A stretch of 64,000 nt of DNA from contig CBDIID010000003.1 of assembly GCA_965279515.1 (NCBI GenBank), forward strand, positions 320,001-384,000. The letters are read 5' to 3'. Source of the stretch: Turneriella sp. GTDB taxonomy: Bacteria > Spirochaetota > Leptospiria > Turneriellales > Turneriellaceae. Below the pieces are notes generated by a model. It was not told the DNA's origin, did no database searches, and worked only from the letters and a program-made list of their open reading frames with translations. Numbering within the stretch: the first letter of the stretch is position 1; every line of letters starts with the position of its first letter. Position numbers and translations under genes: made by a program. Positions 28,099 through 37,650 of the stretch are shown piece by piece.

Positions 28099-29439
28099 TT
28101 GGCAACGCCCCGCCCTTTACCTGCTGATTTTCTCTGGGGTGCGGCGACATCTGCCTACCAGATCGAAGGTGCACACAACGCCGACGGCAAGAGCGATTCG
28201 ATCTGGGACACTTTTACCAGGCGCCGCGGCAAAATCAGAAACCGCGAAACCGGCAATATCGCCTGCGATCATTACAACCGCATGCCTGACGACGTCGCGC
28301 TGATGAAAAAGCTCGGCCTCCAGGCATACCGTTTTTCCCTGTCCTGGCCGCGCATTTTCCCGCACGACTCTGGCGCCATAAATTCCAGGGGCATGGATTT
28401 TTATGACCGGCTCGTGGATCACCTTTTGGAAGCGGGCATCCGGCCCTTTATCACCCTCTATCACTGGGACCTGCCCCAGTATCTCGAAGATAAGGGCGGA
28501 TGGACAAACCGCGAGACGGTCAGCCGCTTTGCAGATTATACCTCGGCGTGCGCGCGGGCATTGGGCGACAGGGTTAAAGATTTTATCGTTTTCAACGAGC
28601 CCATGATCTTCCTGAGCCTCGGTTATTTGCTGGGCATCCATGCGCCCGGTCGCCGGGGTTTTAAGAATTTTTTCTCCTCGAGCCACCACGTTCTGTTGGC
28701 GCAGGCTGAGGGAGCAGCAGCCCTGCGCGGCGCTGTGCGCGATGCGCAGATCGGCACAACAATTTCGGCCACCGCTGTTTATCCGGCGACGGCTTCGCCA
28801 CTCGATGCACGCGCGGCAGAACGTTTTGATACGTTTTACAACACCTTTTATCTCGAGCCGGTGCTCACAGGTAAATACCCGACCGAGCACTTTCCGGTGC
28901 TGAAGAAATTCGAGCGCTATATCCGCCCCGGGGATATGGAGAAAATCCGCTACGATTTTGACTTTTGGGGGCTCAATACCTATACACGGAAGCAGGTACG
29001 GTACAGCAGGTTCATCCCCTATATCCGCTGGCGTGAACTGAAAAACCCGCCGGGTTCAAAAGAAACCGCCATGCGCTGGGAGATTTACCCCGAGGGAATC
29101 TATGATCTGCTGAAAAAATATGCCGGTTACGAAGGGATAAAAAAACTCTATATCACCGAAAACGGCGCCGCCTTCCATGACCAGCTGGTGGCTGGCCGTG
29201 TTGTCGATCCGTACCGCATCGACTATTTGCGCGACTACACGGCACAGGTTATCCGGGCCCGCGCCGAAGGCGTTCCCGTTGCCGGCTATTTTGCCTGGTC
29301 ATTGTTCGATAATTTCGAATGGGCCGAGGGCTACCATGCGCGGTTTGGTCTTATCTATGTCGACTATCTCACACAACGCCGCTATATCAAAGACAGCGGC
29401 TATTGGTACCGCGACCAGATAAAGCAGCAGCTCTCTTAA
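28099..29439 (+). CDS. GH1 beta-glucosidase
   Basis: FLWGAATSAYQIEG, YRFS-x-SW-x-RI, TLYHWD, FNEP (acid/base), ITENG (nucleophile), DNFEW. Confidence 0.96.
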   Translation: MATPRPLPADFLWGAATSAYQIEGAHNADGKSDSIWDTFTRRRGKIRNRETGNIACDHYNRMPDDVALMKKLGLQAYRFSLSWPRIFPHDSGAINSRGMDFYDRLVDHLLEAGIRPFITLYHWDLPQYLEDKGGWTNRETVSRFADYTSACARALGDRVKDFIVFNEPMIFLSLGYLLGIHAPGRRGFKNFFSSSHHVLLAQAEGAAALRGAVRDAQIGTTISATAVYPATASPLDARAAERFDTFYNTFYLEPVLTGKYPTEHFPVLKKFERYIRPGDMEKIRYDFDFWGLNTYTRKQVRYSRFIPYIRWRELKNPPGSKETAMRWEIYPEGIYDLLKKYAGYEGIKKLYITENGAAFHDQLVAGRVVDPYRIDYLRDYTAQVIRARAEGVPVAGYFAWSLFDNFEWAEGYHARFGLIYVDYLTQRRYIKDSGYWYRDQIKQQLS

Positions 29440-29478
29440 TTTACTTGATGGAATACCTGCACAATTTTCAGATTCCGA

Positions 29479-29931
29479 ATGAATAGAAAATTGACCAAAT
29501 TCCTGGCTGCTTTGGTTGTCGCCGCGCTGGCTCTTTCCTGCCGGTCCATCGAAGTAAACAAAGTCGATAAAGCCAAGTACGACATCAAAGATATCTGCAT
29601 TGTTATGAACCCGGCGGTGATTGTAGAGGACTTCTTGCCTGCTTTACAGGCTTTGCTCGAGCAGCGCGGCATTGCCTCAAAGGTAATACCCAAAGAGGAT
29701 GCGAGTTGTAGTTATAAACTCGTCTATACGGCGAACCAGTCCTGGGACATGGCGATTTACCTTAAATTTGCATCCATGATCCTCTACAAAGGCGCTGAGG
29801 TTGTCGGGCGTGCGACGTATGACAGCGGAGAAGGCTTAAATAAATTCGGCTCCGTTTACGAAAAATTGAAAATCGTCACCGACCAGCTTTTAGCCGATTT
29901 CAGCGAACGCTCGTCACTTAGCGGCAAATAG
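29479..29931 (+). CDS. Sbal_3080-like lipoprotein
   Basis: Lipobox LALS-C; ICI..NP.V...DFL, YTA..SWD...YL, NKF. Confidence 0.7.
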   Translation: MNRKLTKFLAALVVAALALSCRSIEVNKVDKAKYDIKDICIVMNPAVIVEDFLPALQALLEQRGIASKVIPKEDASCSYKLVYTANQSWDMAIYLKFASMILYKGAEVVGRATYDSGEGLNKFGSVYEKLKIVTDQLLADFSERSSLSGK

Positions 29932-30825
29932 CTGCCTGAGGCTCTGTGTGAGCGCTTCGGCGCTCTGTGAGATGCGTTGCTGCGTTTCGCGCACTCGTTC
30001 CATCACGGGCAGGTTCTGTACCCGCTGCGACCAGTCGTTATATTGCGCCTCGAGCTTAATCAGGCGATCTTCAAATTCATCCATCGCTTTCTTTACAGGC
30101 TCTTTACTCTCGTCTTTAAAATTGCCGAACTCATATTCGATGATATCTTCTTTGACCTTGCCTTTGGTCAGCAGGTGCATCTCCACCTGAAAATATTTCT
30201 GGATGAGCGAAAAGCGGCCTTCTTTGGCAAGACGCCGCACGCTGACCTTGAGCGACGTGGACTTCAGCACGTGGAGCGGCCGGTGTTTCGCCGCCCGATC
30301 AACGAGGTCGTGGTCTTCAGCCAGCCGCAGCGATTCATCGAAACCGCCGACGCGGTCGAACAGGCGTTTTGTGATAAATATACAAAACCCGGCTGCGCGA
30401 GGGTTGGTGTTGGCATTCATGCGCACGGTGAGATTGGCAAACGCGAACAAAATTTTGTCGAGCCTGAGGTCAGATAAGGGGTAAAATGCACAGGTTGCGA
30501 GATCGATAAAGGTCTCGTCCATTTCTTTGACGGCCTTCGCGAGAAAGTCTTCGGGCAGGACGACATCCGCATCGAAAAAGAACAGGTACTCACCCTCGGC
30601 TACTGCTGCGCCCCGGTTACGCCCCACCCCCGGCATGCCACCCTGAACCACACGTGCGCCATGGCTTTCAGCAATTTCGCGCGTTTTATCTTTTGAACCC
30701 GCGTCGCCGACAATGATTTCAAAATCACGGAATGTCTGCGCTTTGAGTGAATTCAAAAGTTCCGGTAAATCGCGTTCTTCGTTCAATGTCGGGATTACAA
30801 TGCTGACTTTTTTCCGGGCTGACAT
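29914..30825 (-). CDS. Glycosyltransferase family 2
   Basis: [11 protein letters not shown]-x-GS-x-D-x-T, RN-x-GA, FFDAD, GGFDE, ED. Confidence 0.92.
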   Translation of the reverse strand: MSARKKVSIVIPTLNEERDLPELLNSLKAQTFRDFEIIVGDAGSKDKTREIAESHGARVVQGGMPGVGRNRGAAVAEGEYLFFFDADVVLPEDFLAKAVKEMDETFIDLATCAFYPLSDLRLDKILFAFANLTVRMNANTNPRAAGFCIFITKRLFDRVGGFDESLRLAEDHDLVDRAAKHRPLHVLKSTSLKVSVRRLAKEGRFSLIQKYFQVEMHLLTKGKVKEDIIEYEFGNFKDESKEPVKKAMDEFEDRLIKLEAQYNDWSQRVQNLPVMERVRETQQRISQSAEALTQSLRQLFAAK

Positions 30826-30907
30826 CCGGCAGGGAAAGATGCCGCACACTTTTCGTCCACCAGAAATTCAGGGTTTACGGTGGATTCGTACCCCACGGGC
30901 TAAGCCA

Positions 30908-32305
30908 ATGCAATTCAGAACAGAAACGGATACCATGGGCGAGGTCAGCGTGCCGGCAGATGTCTACTGGGGCGCCCAGACAGAGCGTTCGCGCAATAAT
31001 TTCCGGATCGGCGATGCCGGCAGTATGCCTCTTGAAATCATCCGGGCGTTTGCATACCTCAAAAAAGCCGCCGCCGAGGCCAATCACGATCTCGGTATTC
31101 TCGCGCGTGCAAAATACGATCTCATCGCCCAGGTCTGCGACGAAATTCTTTCGGGAAACCTCGCTGATCAGTTTCCGCTGGTGATTTGGCAAACGGGTTC
31201 GGGCACGCAGACGAACATGAATGTCAACGAAGTCATAGCCAACCGCGCCCATGTTTTAAGCGGCGGTTTGTTGACCGACGCTCAAAAGATTCTTCATCCG
31301 AACGACGATGTCAATAAATCGCAATCGTCGAATGATACTTTTCCGACAGCAATGCATATTGGCGCCTACGAGGTCGTCGCAGAGAACACGCTGCCAAAGA
31401 TGCGCCTCCTGGCAGATACATTGTCCGCCAAATCTGCCGATTTTAAGGATATTGTTAAGACGGGCCGCACGCACTTCATGGATGCAACGCCGCTGACGCT
31501 GGGGCAGGAATTTTCAGGCTATGTACAGCAGATTCGTAACGGAGTTCGCGCCCTCGAAAACGCGCTTCAGGGTATCGCCGAACTGGCCTTGGGAGGTACC
31601 GCGGTAGGTACCGGGCTCAACGCCCCCAAAGGCTATGATGTACTCGTGGCGCAGAAGATCGCCAAACTCACGGGCCATCCTTTTGTCACAGCGCCGAACA
31701 AATTTGAAGCGCTCGCGGCGCAAGATGCCATGGTCGAGCTCTCAGGCGCGCTCAAGCGCTGCGCGGTTTCGCTCATGAAGATTGCCAATGATATCCGTAT
31801 GCTGAGTTCCGGCCCCAGAAGCGGCATCGGCGAAATTCTGATTCCCGATAACGAACCCGGTTCATCGATCATGCCGGGCAAGGTGAACCCGACACAATGC
31901 GAAGCGCTGACGATGGTGTGCGCCCAGGTCATCGGCAACGATGTCACGGTTTCGCTCGCCGGGCTCAGCGGTCACTTCGAACTCAATGTCTTCAAACCCG
32001 TTATTGCTGCGAACGTCATTCAAGCGGCGCGGCTGATCGGTGACGGCTGCGCTTCATTCCGCGAACACTGCGCTGCGGGAATACAACCGAATCTGGAAGT
32101 TATTAAAAAACACCTGGAAAACTCGCTCATGCTTGTCACTGCGCTCAATCCGCATATCGGTTACGATAACGCCGCAAAAATCGCTAAAAAAGCCCATAAG
32201 GAGAAGACGACGCTGCGTGAGGCGGCCGTCGCATCGGGAATCTTAACTGGAGAGCAATTCGACGCCTGGGTTAAACCCGAAGAGATGACCGGATTCAGGG
32301 GTTAG
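30908..32305 (+). CDS. fumC: Class II fumarate hydratase
   Basis: [37 protein letters not shown]. Confidence 0.98.
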   Translation: MQFRTETDTMGEVSVPADVYWGAQTERSRNNFRIGDAGSMPLEIIRAFAYLKKAAAEANHDLGILARAKYDLIAQVCDEILSGNLADQFPLVIWQTGSGTQTNMNVNEVIANRAHVLSGGLLTDAQKILHPNDDVNKSQSSNDTFPTAMHIGAYEVVAENTLPKMRLLADTLSAKSADFKDIVKTGRTHFMDATPLTLGQEFSGYVQQIRNGVRALENALQGIAELALGGTAVGTGLNAPKGYDVLVAQKIAKLTGHPFVTAPNKFEALAAQDAMVELSGALKRCAVSLMKIANDIRMLSSGPRSGIGEILIPDNEPGSSIMPGKVNPTQCEALTMVCAQVIGNDVTVSLAGLSGHFELNVFKPVIAANVIQAARLIGDGCASFREHCAAGIQPNLEVIKKHLENSLMLVTALNPHIGYDNAAKIAKKAHKEKTTLREAAVASGILTGEQFDAWVKPEEMTGFRG

Positions 32306-32313
32306 CTGCGGAA

Positions 32314-34389
32314 TCAGCGGCCATCGCCGCCACCCAGCTTCTGCCGTAAGAAGGTACCGGTAGACTTACTCTTCTGCACCGAACTTTCCATATTACCGAA
32401 CTTCGTCTTGAGCTTGGCTTCGAAAACCTTCACATGCTCTTCCTGGCGTTTGATGTCCTTGTCGATCTGCTTTGCACGTTCGGCGTTGGATTTAATCTGT
32501 TCCGAAATCAGGCCGCGCGTGAACCGCGTATACGGTTCGAGAAAGTTTTCGGTGACATGCGCATAACCGTTGTCAATCCTCAGGTCGCCGTTGCTGTCGA
32601 TGGCGAAGAGTTCTTTGACAGCCGTCGGGTGTTCGGCCAGTGCCTGCGCGAGTTTGGCCTCATCGACTTCGAGAAAGCCTTTGATGACTTCTTCGCGTTT
32701 ACCGCCGATGGCGCCGGTGGAGATACCGATCTGCGCCAGTGTGCGCAGGTGAGGTTCGCGGTTTGTGGGGTAAGCGTTAGATGTATGCACTTTAAGGCCA
32801 TTCACCAGCTGGCGGATGGTCGCATTCGTGGCAAGAATACCGGATTCCTTGCGCATCTCCTGGTATTTACCGGCTTCTTTGATCCGTGCCGACTTGGCCA
32901 CTTCTTCAGAGAACTGCAGCAGCTCGTTATAGGCCTTGACGAAGCCCAACACCTGCTTCTTCGCCGCGTCGTTGTCATTCAGAATCTCGGTCTGTATGTT
33001 GTCAGGCGATGTCTTGAGCAAGTTCAGCGAAACGCCTTCGATCACATCTGCGAGATTACTGTTGGTTTTGCGGCTGATATCGATACCGTCGATTTTAAGG
33101 TGGGCGTTCTGCGCCGGCCGTAAAAGGTTAGGAAAGATTCTTCTTTGCTCTTCTTCAGCCGGGGTCTTATCTTTTTGTTCCTTTGCATGGTCGATCTTCG
33201 GCTGCGCTTTAACCGCATAGGTGAGTTCCATGGGTTCAAAGAGGATGTCTGCACCTTGCGCGTAGAATTCCACTGCTGCTAAATCTTTTTCCACCGGAAT
33301 CTGCTGCGCACCGGCTTTGTTTTTTAGGGAAATCTTTTCTTCGCGGCCGTTATATTTCAGAACAACGCCATAATCGGTGTCACGCATTGCTTCTTTTTTG
33401 CGTGTGCGCGTAATATTATAAGTTTCGAGTTCAATGCCCTTGATATTGATATTGTCTTTGATGCCGTCTGAGACGCTGTCGGGCGCATCATCATTATCGA
33501 TAGCTTCAGAGGGTGAAAGAGCTGCGACCGAGATTTTTTTCAGGCGCTTGGTATCTCCGGCTGCTGTCTGTCCCGGGAGAAAACGATAACGCCCCACCGA
33601 GTTTTCGGGTACGGTCAGGGTCTTCTTATCTTCAGCGGGCACAGATGCCTTGCCCGAGGCGGTCTCGAGCTGCGCCGCGTTGACAATCCAGCGCTCGCTT
33701 TCTGTCGTCTCCGGTGTTTCAGGAGGCTTCTTATCTTCGCCGTCTTTTTTTTCCGGTGGTTTTGGCTCTTTGCCGAAATCGGGGGTGACTGCCGCGCTGA
33801 TGAGCCCGAGACTGCGCAAGAGGCCATCCGGATCTTCCATTTTAATGAGCGCATCTTCGCCCTGCGCAATGGTATCGACGATCAGAATCGATTCATTTTC
33901 CTTAATCTGGACAATCTTGGGGCTCAAATGTTTGCCGTGGTATTTCTGAATGTGCTCGCGCAGCGATTGCAGCGTGCCGCCGTTAAAGGTCGATTCGATG
34001 CCGGCAATTTTCAGCCTTGCCTGCGGCAGTTTTTTACCCGGAGCAAAAGGCGCTGTGGCAAAGCTCAGGTTCGAAGCGAGCTTCAAAATATTCAGTGTAT
34101 GCTTTGATGGCGGCGCATTTTTGCGCACGGTGCCGTCTACGATACCGGCCGGATTGGCGTTGAGTTTTTTCTGTTCAAACGCCGCTTCGAAAGAAGCCAT
34201 CGCATGCAGGGCATCCTGCAGGGTCTTTGTGCGTTTTCTGAGTTCCGTCAGCGCCTTCGAGGTATCTGATAGATCTTTTTTGTTGCCTTCGAGGCGTACG
34301 ATCGGGGCTTTTTCAACCTCAACGAGCTTGCGGACAAGGTCTTTGGTATCTATTCCCGACGCGAGGCCGGTCATTTGCGGTGCTGGCAT
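32314..34389 (-). CDS. fliD: Flagellar filament cap protein FliD
   Basis: GLASGIDT..LV.KLVE.E..P, AQNA...IDG, N...DVIEGVSLNL, C-terminal coiled coil ending KF..ME. Confidence 0.92.
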   Translation of the reverse strand: MPAPQMTGLASGIDTKDLVRKLVEVEKAPIVRLEGNKKDLSDTSKALTELRKRTKTLQDALHAMASFEAAFEQKKLNANPAGIVDGTVRKNAPPSKHTLNILKLASNLSFATAPFAPGKKLPQARLKIAGIESTFNGGTLQSLREHIQKYHGKHLSPKIVQIKENESILIVDTIAQGEDALIKMEDPDGLLRSLGLISAAVTPDFGKEPKPPEKKDGEDKKPPETPETTESERWIVNAAQLETASGKASVPAEDKKTLTVPENSVGRYRFLPGQTAAGDTKRLKKISVAALSPSEAIDNDDAPDSVSDGIKDNINIKGIELETYNITRTRKKEAMRDTDYGVVLKYNGREEKISLKNKAGAQQIPVEKDLAAVEFYAQGADILFEPMELTYAVKAQPKIDHAKEQKDKTPAEEEQRRIFPNLLRPAQNAHLKIDGIDISRKTNSNLADVIEGVSLNLLKTSPDNIQTEILNDNDAAKKQVLGFVKAYNELLQFSEEVAKSARIKEAGKYQEMRKESGILATNATIRQLVNGLKVHTSNAYPTNREPHLRTLAQIGISTGAIGGKREEVIKGFLEVDEAKLAQALAEHPTAVKELFAIDSNGDLRIDNGYAHVTENFLEPYTRFTRGLISEQIKSNAERAKQIDKDIKRQEEHVKVFEAKLKTKFGNMESSVQKSKSTGTFLRQKLGGGDGR

Positions 34390-34448
34390 GATTTATGTCC
34401 CCTATCCGCTTTTCGGCGGATTTAGGCAAATCCACAAGCCTTTTTCAT

Positions 34449-34476
34449 AAAAAAAGGGGTGGTCACCCACCCCTTT
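34449..34476 (-). terminator. Rho-independent terminator after the DUF2147 gene
   Basis: Minus strand reads AAAGGGGTGG-GTGA-CCACCCC followed by a T7 tract. Confidence 0.85.
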
Positions 34477-34513
34477 GGTCGTTTTTAGAGAGCCGGTAGC
34501 TCTCTGACGGCGA

Positions 34514-34945
34514 TTAAAGCTTTTTCCAGACCTGTGTGCGTCCGAGCAAAGAGAAGCCGATAAAGCCACGCACCTTCAGTGAGTTGCCTTCGCGCTTGAT
34601 CTTGCACTTATAGGTTTTACCGTTTTTAGGGTCGAGGATCGTGCCGCCTTTCCATTCATCCCCGTCTTCTTTAAGATTCCAGAGAATCATAAGGCCCACG
34701 ACTTTTTTGCCGTTGTTTTCGCCTTTGCACTCTGTGCAAACGGGATCCGGATCTTCGCCGGGTTTACGGTTGAGAAGTTTTGTAACTTTTCCGTACGCCG
34801 TGCCGTTGTGAACCCAAATGTTCACATGCGACCGCGCCTGGCCTGTCTCATCATCGATGGTCATCCATGTGCCAGCGATGTCTTCTGCCATGAGTCCTGT
34901 GGACAAAAGGCCGAATGTAATCATACCGAGCAAGATTTTCTTCAT
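34514..34945 (-). CDS. DUF2147 family exported protein
   Basis: Signal peptide; G-x-W-x-TIDD, G-x-ILDP-x-NGK-x-Y, VRGFIG...GRTQ-x-W. Confidence 0.9.
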   Translation of the reverse strand: MKKILLGMITFGLLSTGLMAEDIAGTWMTIDDETGQARSHVNIWVHNGTAYGKVTKLLNRKPGEDPDPVCTECKGENNGKKVVGLMILWNLKEDGDEWKGGTILDPKNGKTYKCKIKREGNSLKVRGFIGFSLLGRTQVWKKL

Positions 34946-35017
34946 TGATTTTCCTCCGCTACCGGCCGCAAAAGGTCCGGTGACTTTTTTGCTCAGGTCG
35001 CGCACCCTGAAGCACAG

Positions 35018-35554
35018 TCAAGCATTATTGATCGCTTTAAGGGCCATTTCAAGCGCCGGTAAAATCTGTTCTTTTTTGGCACGCTGGTTTTCCGGCTGAA
35101 AAGATAACAGATAATCGGCGATGCCATTCGAATCATCTGCCGGTCTGCCAACGCCAATACGTATGCGATGGAAATCCCCCGTGCCGATGACAGCCATGAT
35201 GCTGCGCAACCCGTTATGCCCCTTGTGCCCGCCGCCGAATTTATGCCTGACTTCAGTAAACGGTAGTTCAACTTCATCATGTAATACAATCAGGTGGGAT
35301 TTCTCAATGTTATATTTCTTGAGCGCCTTTGCCACGCTTTGGCCCGAGAGGTTCATAAAAGTCTGTGGCTTCAGGAAAATGAACACAACGTCGCCCTCTT
35401 CGCTTTGGCCCGTATAGGCCTCGAGCGCTTTGTTCGCGCTGTATGATACGTCTGGAAAAACCTGGTCCAGCGCCATGGCACCGGCATTATGCCGCGTGAA
35501 GCGGTATTTATCCCCGGGATTCATGAGCCCCGCCAGCAGCACTTTTTTCGACAC
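35018..35554 (-). CDS. pth: Peptidyl-tRNA hydrolase
   Basis: NPG..Y..TRHN, KPQTFMNLSG, HDE, GHNGLRS, RIRIGVGRP. Confidence 0.96.
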   Translation of the reverse strand: MSKKVLLAGLMNPGDKYRFTRHNAGAMALDQVFPDVSYSANKALEAYTGQSEEGDVVFIFLKPQTFMNLSGQSVAKALKKYNIEKSHLIVLHDEVELPFTEVRHKFGGGHKGHNGLRSIMAVIGTGDFHRIRIGVGRPADDSNGIADYLLSFQPENQRAKKEQILPALEMALKAINNA

Positions 35555-35600
35555 GCCGGTTGAGTCTGAATTCGCCCTTACCGCGCCAGTTCTTTTTTGG

Positions 35601-35628
35601 TTGCAAAAGCCACGACCTGTGATATAGC
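35601..35628 (+). promoter_or_regulatory. Sigma70-like promoter for the 6S-like RNA
   Basis: TTGCAA (35601-35606), 16-nt spacer, extended -10 TGaTATAGC ending at 35628, just before the RNA's terminal stem. Confidence 0.55.
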
Positions 35629-35631
35629 GGC

Positions 35632-35897
35632 GTGCCGGTTTCTGGGACGTACGGGCTTCTTTTTTAAGTTTTGAACCAATGTTAGAAAACCGGAGGCCAA
35701 GACCCCTTGAGGGTTCTATTTGTTATGTTCGCGCAGAGGGGCCAGCCTTTCTGCGCGGGCCCTGCAGGAACCGTAACCCGGTTCCGCCACGGCATAAAAG
35801 TAGGGGTACACCCCGAAGAGTAATGCATAACGTGAGGCCTCCAAAATTATTTGTAGGTTCAATTCTGCAAATGACAACGGCGCCCTGGTACCGGCAC
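35632..35897 (+). ncRNA. ssrS: 6S RNA-like (SsrS) with enlarged branched apical domain
   Basis: Terminal stem GTGCCGGT/ACCGGCAC followed by TTTTCTT. 6S-type TTGAACC/GGTTCAA helix flanks an A/T-rich bubble closed by GGAGGCC/GGCCTCC. Confidence 0.75.
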
Positions 35898-35907
35898 TTT
35901 TCTTACC

Positions 35908-36507
35908 ATGCAAGACCTCAAAGATGAGGAGCTGATCCGTGAACTCAAACGCGCCGAGCTCTCAGAACACCTGATCGGCGACACCGGGCAAACAGCCGGT
36001 GCACAGAAAATTTTCGCGATTCTCGTCGACCGCCACCACCGGCCCTTTGCCCGCCTCGTCGCTTTACGTTATCCCGTCGACTCCTCGAGCGCCGATGAAA
36101 TCACCCAGGACTTTTGGCTTGAATGTTATTCCGCCCTGCCCCGTTATAATCCCGAGCGGCCCTTTTTGTCATGGGCGACGACGATCCTGTTCCGCACCGC
36201 AGAGCGTTTTCTGAAGAAGCGCCGCAAAGAGGTGCAGCTTTCACCGCAGAACGATTTTTTTGATTTGCAGGCATCTAAAGGCGACGGCATTGAGAACGAA
36301 ACACTCGACCGTAACCAGATTGAGGGTATGCTGACGGCGGTCAGAAAATTACCGGGCGACCTGGCGCTGCTCATTCAACTCAGGTTCTTTGAACAGAAAA
36401 AAATCGAAGATATTATGGAGGCAACGGGGCTTGCGCGCTCGACGGTGTTTGACAAGCTCAACCTTGCCTATAAGAAAATCCGCACCCTCATGGGCACGGA
36501 ACCATAG
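35908..36507 (+). CDS. ECF-type RNA polymerase sigma factor
   Basis: Region 2 'EITQDFW...Y...F.SW..TI'; region 4 'LP...LRFFE...I...TG....TV...L..A'. Confidence 0.88.
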   Translation: MQDLKDEELIRELKRAELSEHLIGDTGQTAGAQKIFAILVDRHHRPFARLVALRYPVDSSSADEITQDFWLECYSALPRYNPERPFLSWATTILFRTAERFLKKRRKEVQLSPQNDFFDLQASKGDGIENETLDRNQIEGMLTAVRKLPGDLALLIQLRFFEQKKIEDIMEATGLARSTVFDKLNLAYKKIRTLMGTEP

Positions 36508-36510
36508 GCC

Positions 36511-37650
36511 CTACAAAAGCTCTTTTGCGGCTTTTTCGCGGAGTTCTTTAATTTCCGCCAGCGCTTCGCGCTTCGCGATCAACAGCACACCGTTATCCTC
36601 AACAAGCACGCAATTTTCCAGCCCTAAGAGTGCAATAGTCAGATTCGTTTTGATAATATTTCCCTTTGCGCGGTGGCTAATCACATTTCCCTGAATTACG
36701 TGATTTCCGTTTTCATCGGCCGGATAGATGCGGCTAAGAGCATCAAACGAACCGACGTCGTCCCATGAGAAATCCGCCTGAATCAAGCCTACCTTTTTGG
36801 TTTTCTCCATAATCGCATAGTCGATGGAAATATTCTGCATTTTAGGAAAATTTTTAGCCAAATTTGCGGGGCTTAGGGCTGACAGATCTGCGAGTTTAAG
36901 CATCTCACTTTGATAAATCCGGAAATCCTCCCGAATACGACCCAGTGAAAAAATGAACATCCCTGAATTCCAAAAATGCCGCTCCGTGGTCAGGTAGTGA
37001 TTCGCTGTCTGATAATCTGGCTTTTCACGAAAGCTGGAGATGGCACTCATTCGAGGGGCAACTTCAATTCCGGCTTCAATATACCCATATCCGGTTTCAG
37101 CACGGGTTGGCTTTATCCCAAGACACCATATGCGTTCTGCGGCGCGGGCCAGAGCAAGTTTAACGGTTTCTGCCCATTGCATCGGCTGACCGATATGGTG
37201 ATCCGCTGCAAGCATGACGACTCCAGATTGGTCATCCGCACCGAATTGCTTGAGATAAGATGTAAAATACGCAATGATTGGCGCTGTATTGCGCGCCACT
37301 GGTTCTATCAGATATTGCTTCTTGTCTAGCTTAACAATCTTCTGTATCTTTGCTGCCAAATCTTTATTTGTGCCTATATAGATACGATCCGGTGTCGTTA
37401 AAAGCCGCGCACGATCCACAGCTTCTTCAATCAGGGTTTTTTTAGTACCAACGTGAATTAACTGTTTGGGCCGGCTTATCCGACTCAGTGGCCAAAGCCT
37501 TGTCCCTGAGCCTCCGGCCATGATCATTACGAAGGGTTTGCCATTATGTACAAACTCTTTTGTCGCCTTTACAGGTTTTAGCGTCGATTTTGGAGCCACT
37601 TTACTCTGCCCGCCCGATTTCGCCGCCGTCGGTGTTTTCGCCTTTGCCAT
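36511..37650 (-). CDS. manC: Mannose-1-phosphate guanylyltransferase
   Basis: MAGGSGTRLWPLSR...PKQ, EP..RNTAP, DH, TGYGYI, F.EKP, WNSGMF, ISIDYAIMEK, WDDVGS; AAGGGG RBS. Confidence 0.93.
   Translation of the reverse strand: MAKAKTPTAAKSGGQSKVAPKSTLKPVKATKEFVHNGKPFVMIMAGGSGTRLWPLSRISRPKQLIHVGTKKTLIEEAVDRARLLTTPDRIYIGTNKDLAAKIQKIVKLDKKQYLIEPVARNTAPIIAYFTSYLKQFGADDQSGVVMLAADHHIGQPMQWAETVKLALARAAERIWCLGIKPTRAETGYGYIEAGIEVAPRMSAISSFREKPDYQTANHYLTTERHFWNSGMFIFSLGRIREDFRIYQSEMLKLADLSALSPANLAKNFPKMQNISIDYAIMEKTKKVGLIQADFSWDDVGSFDALSRIYPADENGNHVIQGNVISHRAKGNIIKTNLTIALLGLENCVLVEDNGVLLIAKREALAEIKELREKAAKELL

Noticed and set aside
34410..34437. Sigma28 promoter for fliD (GCCGAAAA on the minus strand)
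   Set aside because: The -10 is plausible but there is no TAAA-like -35 at normal spacing; too weak to call.
35679..35927. Small ORFs (82 aa +, 65 aa -) between pth and the sigma gene
   Set aside because: No recognisable motifs. The region is better explained by nested base-pairing of an ncRNA.
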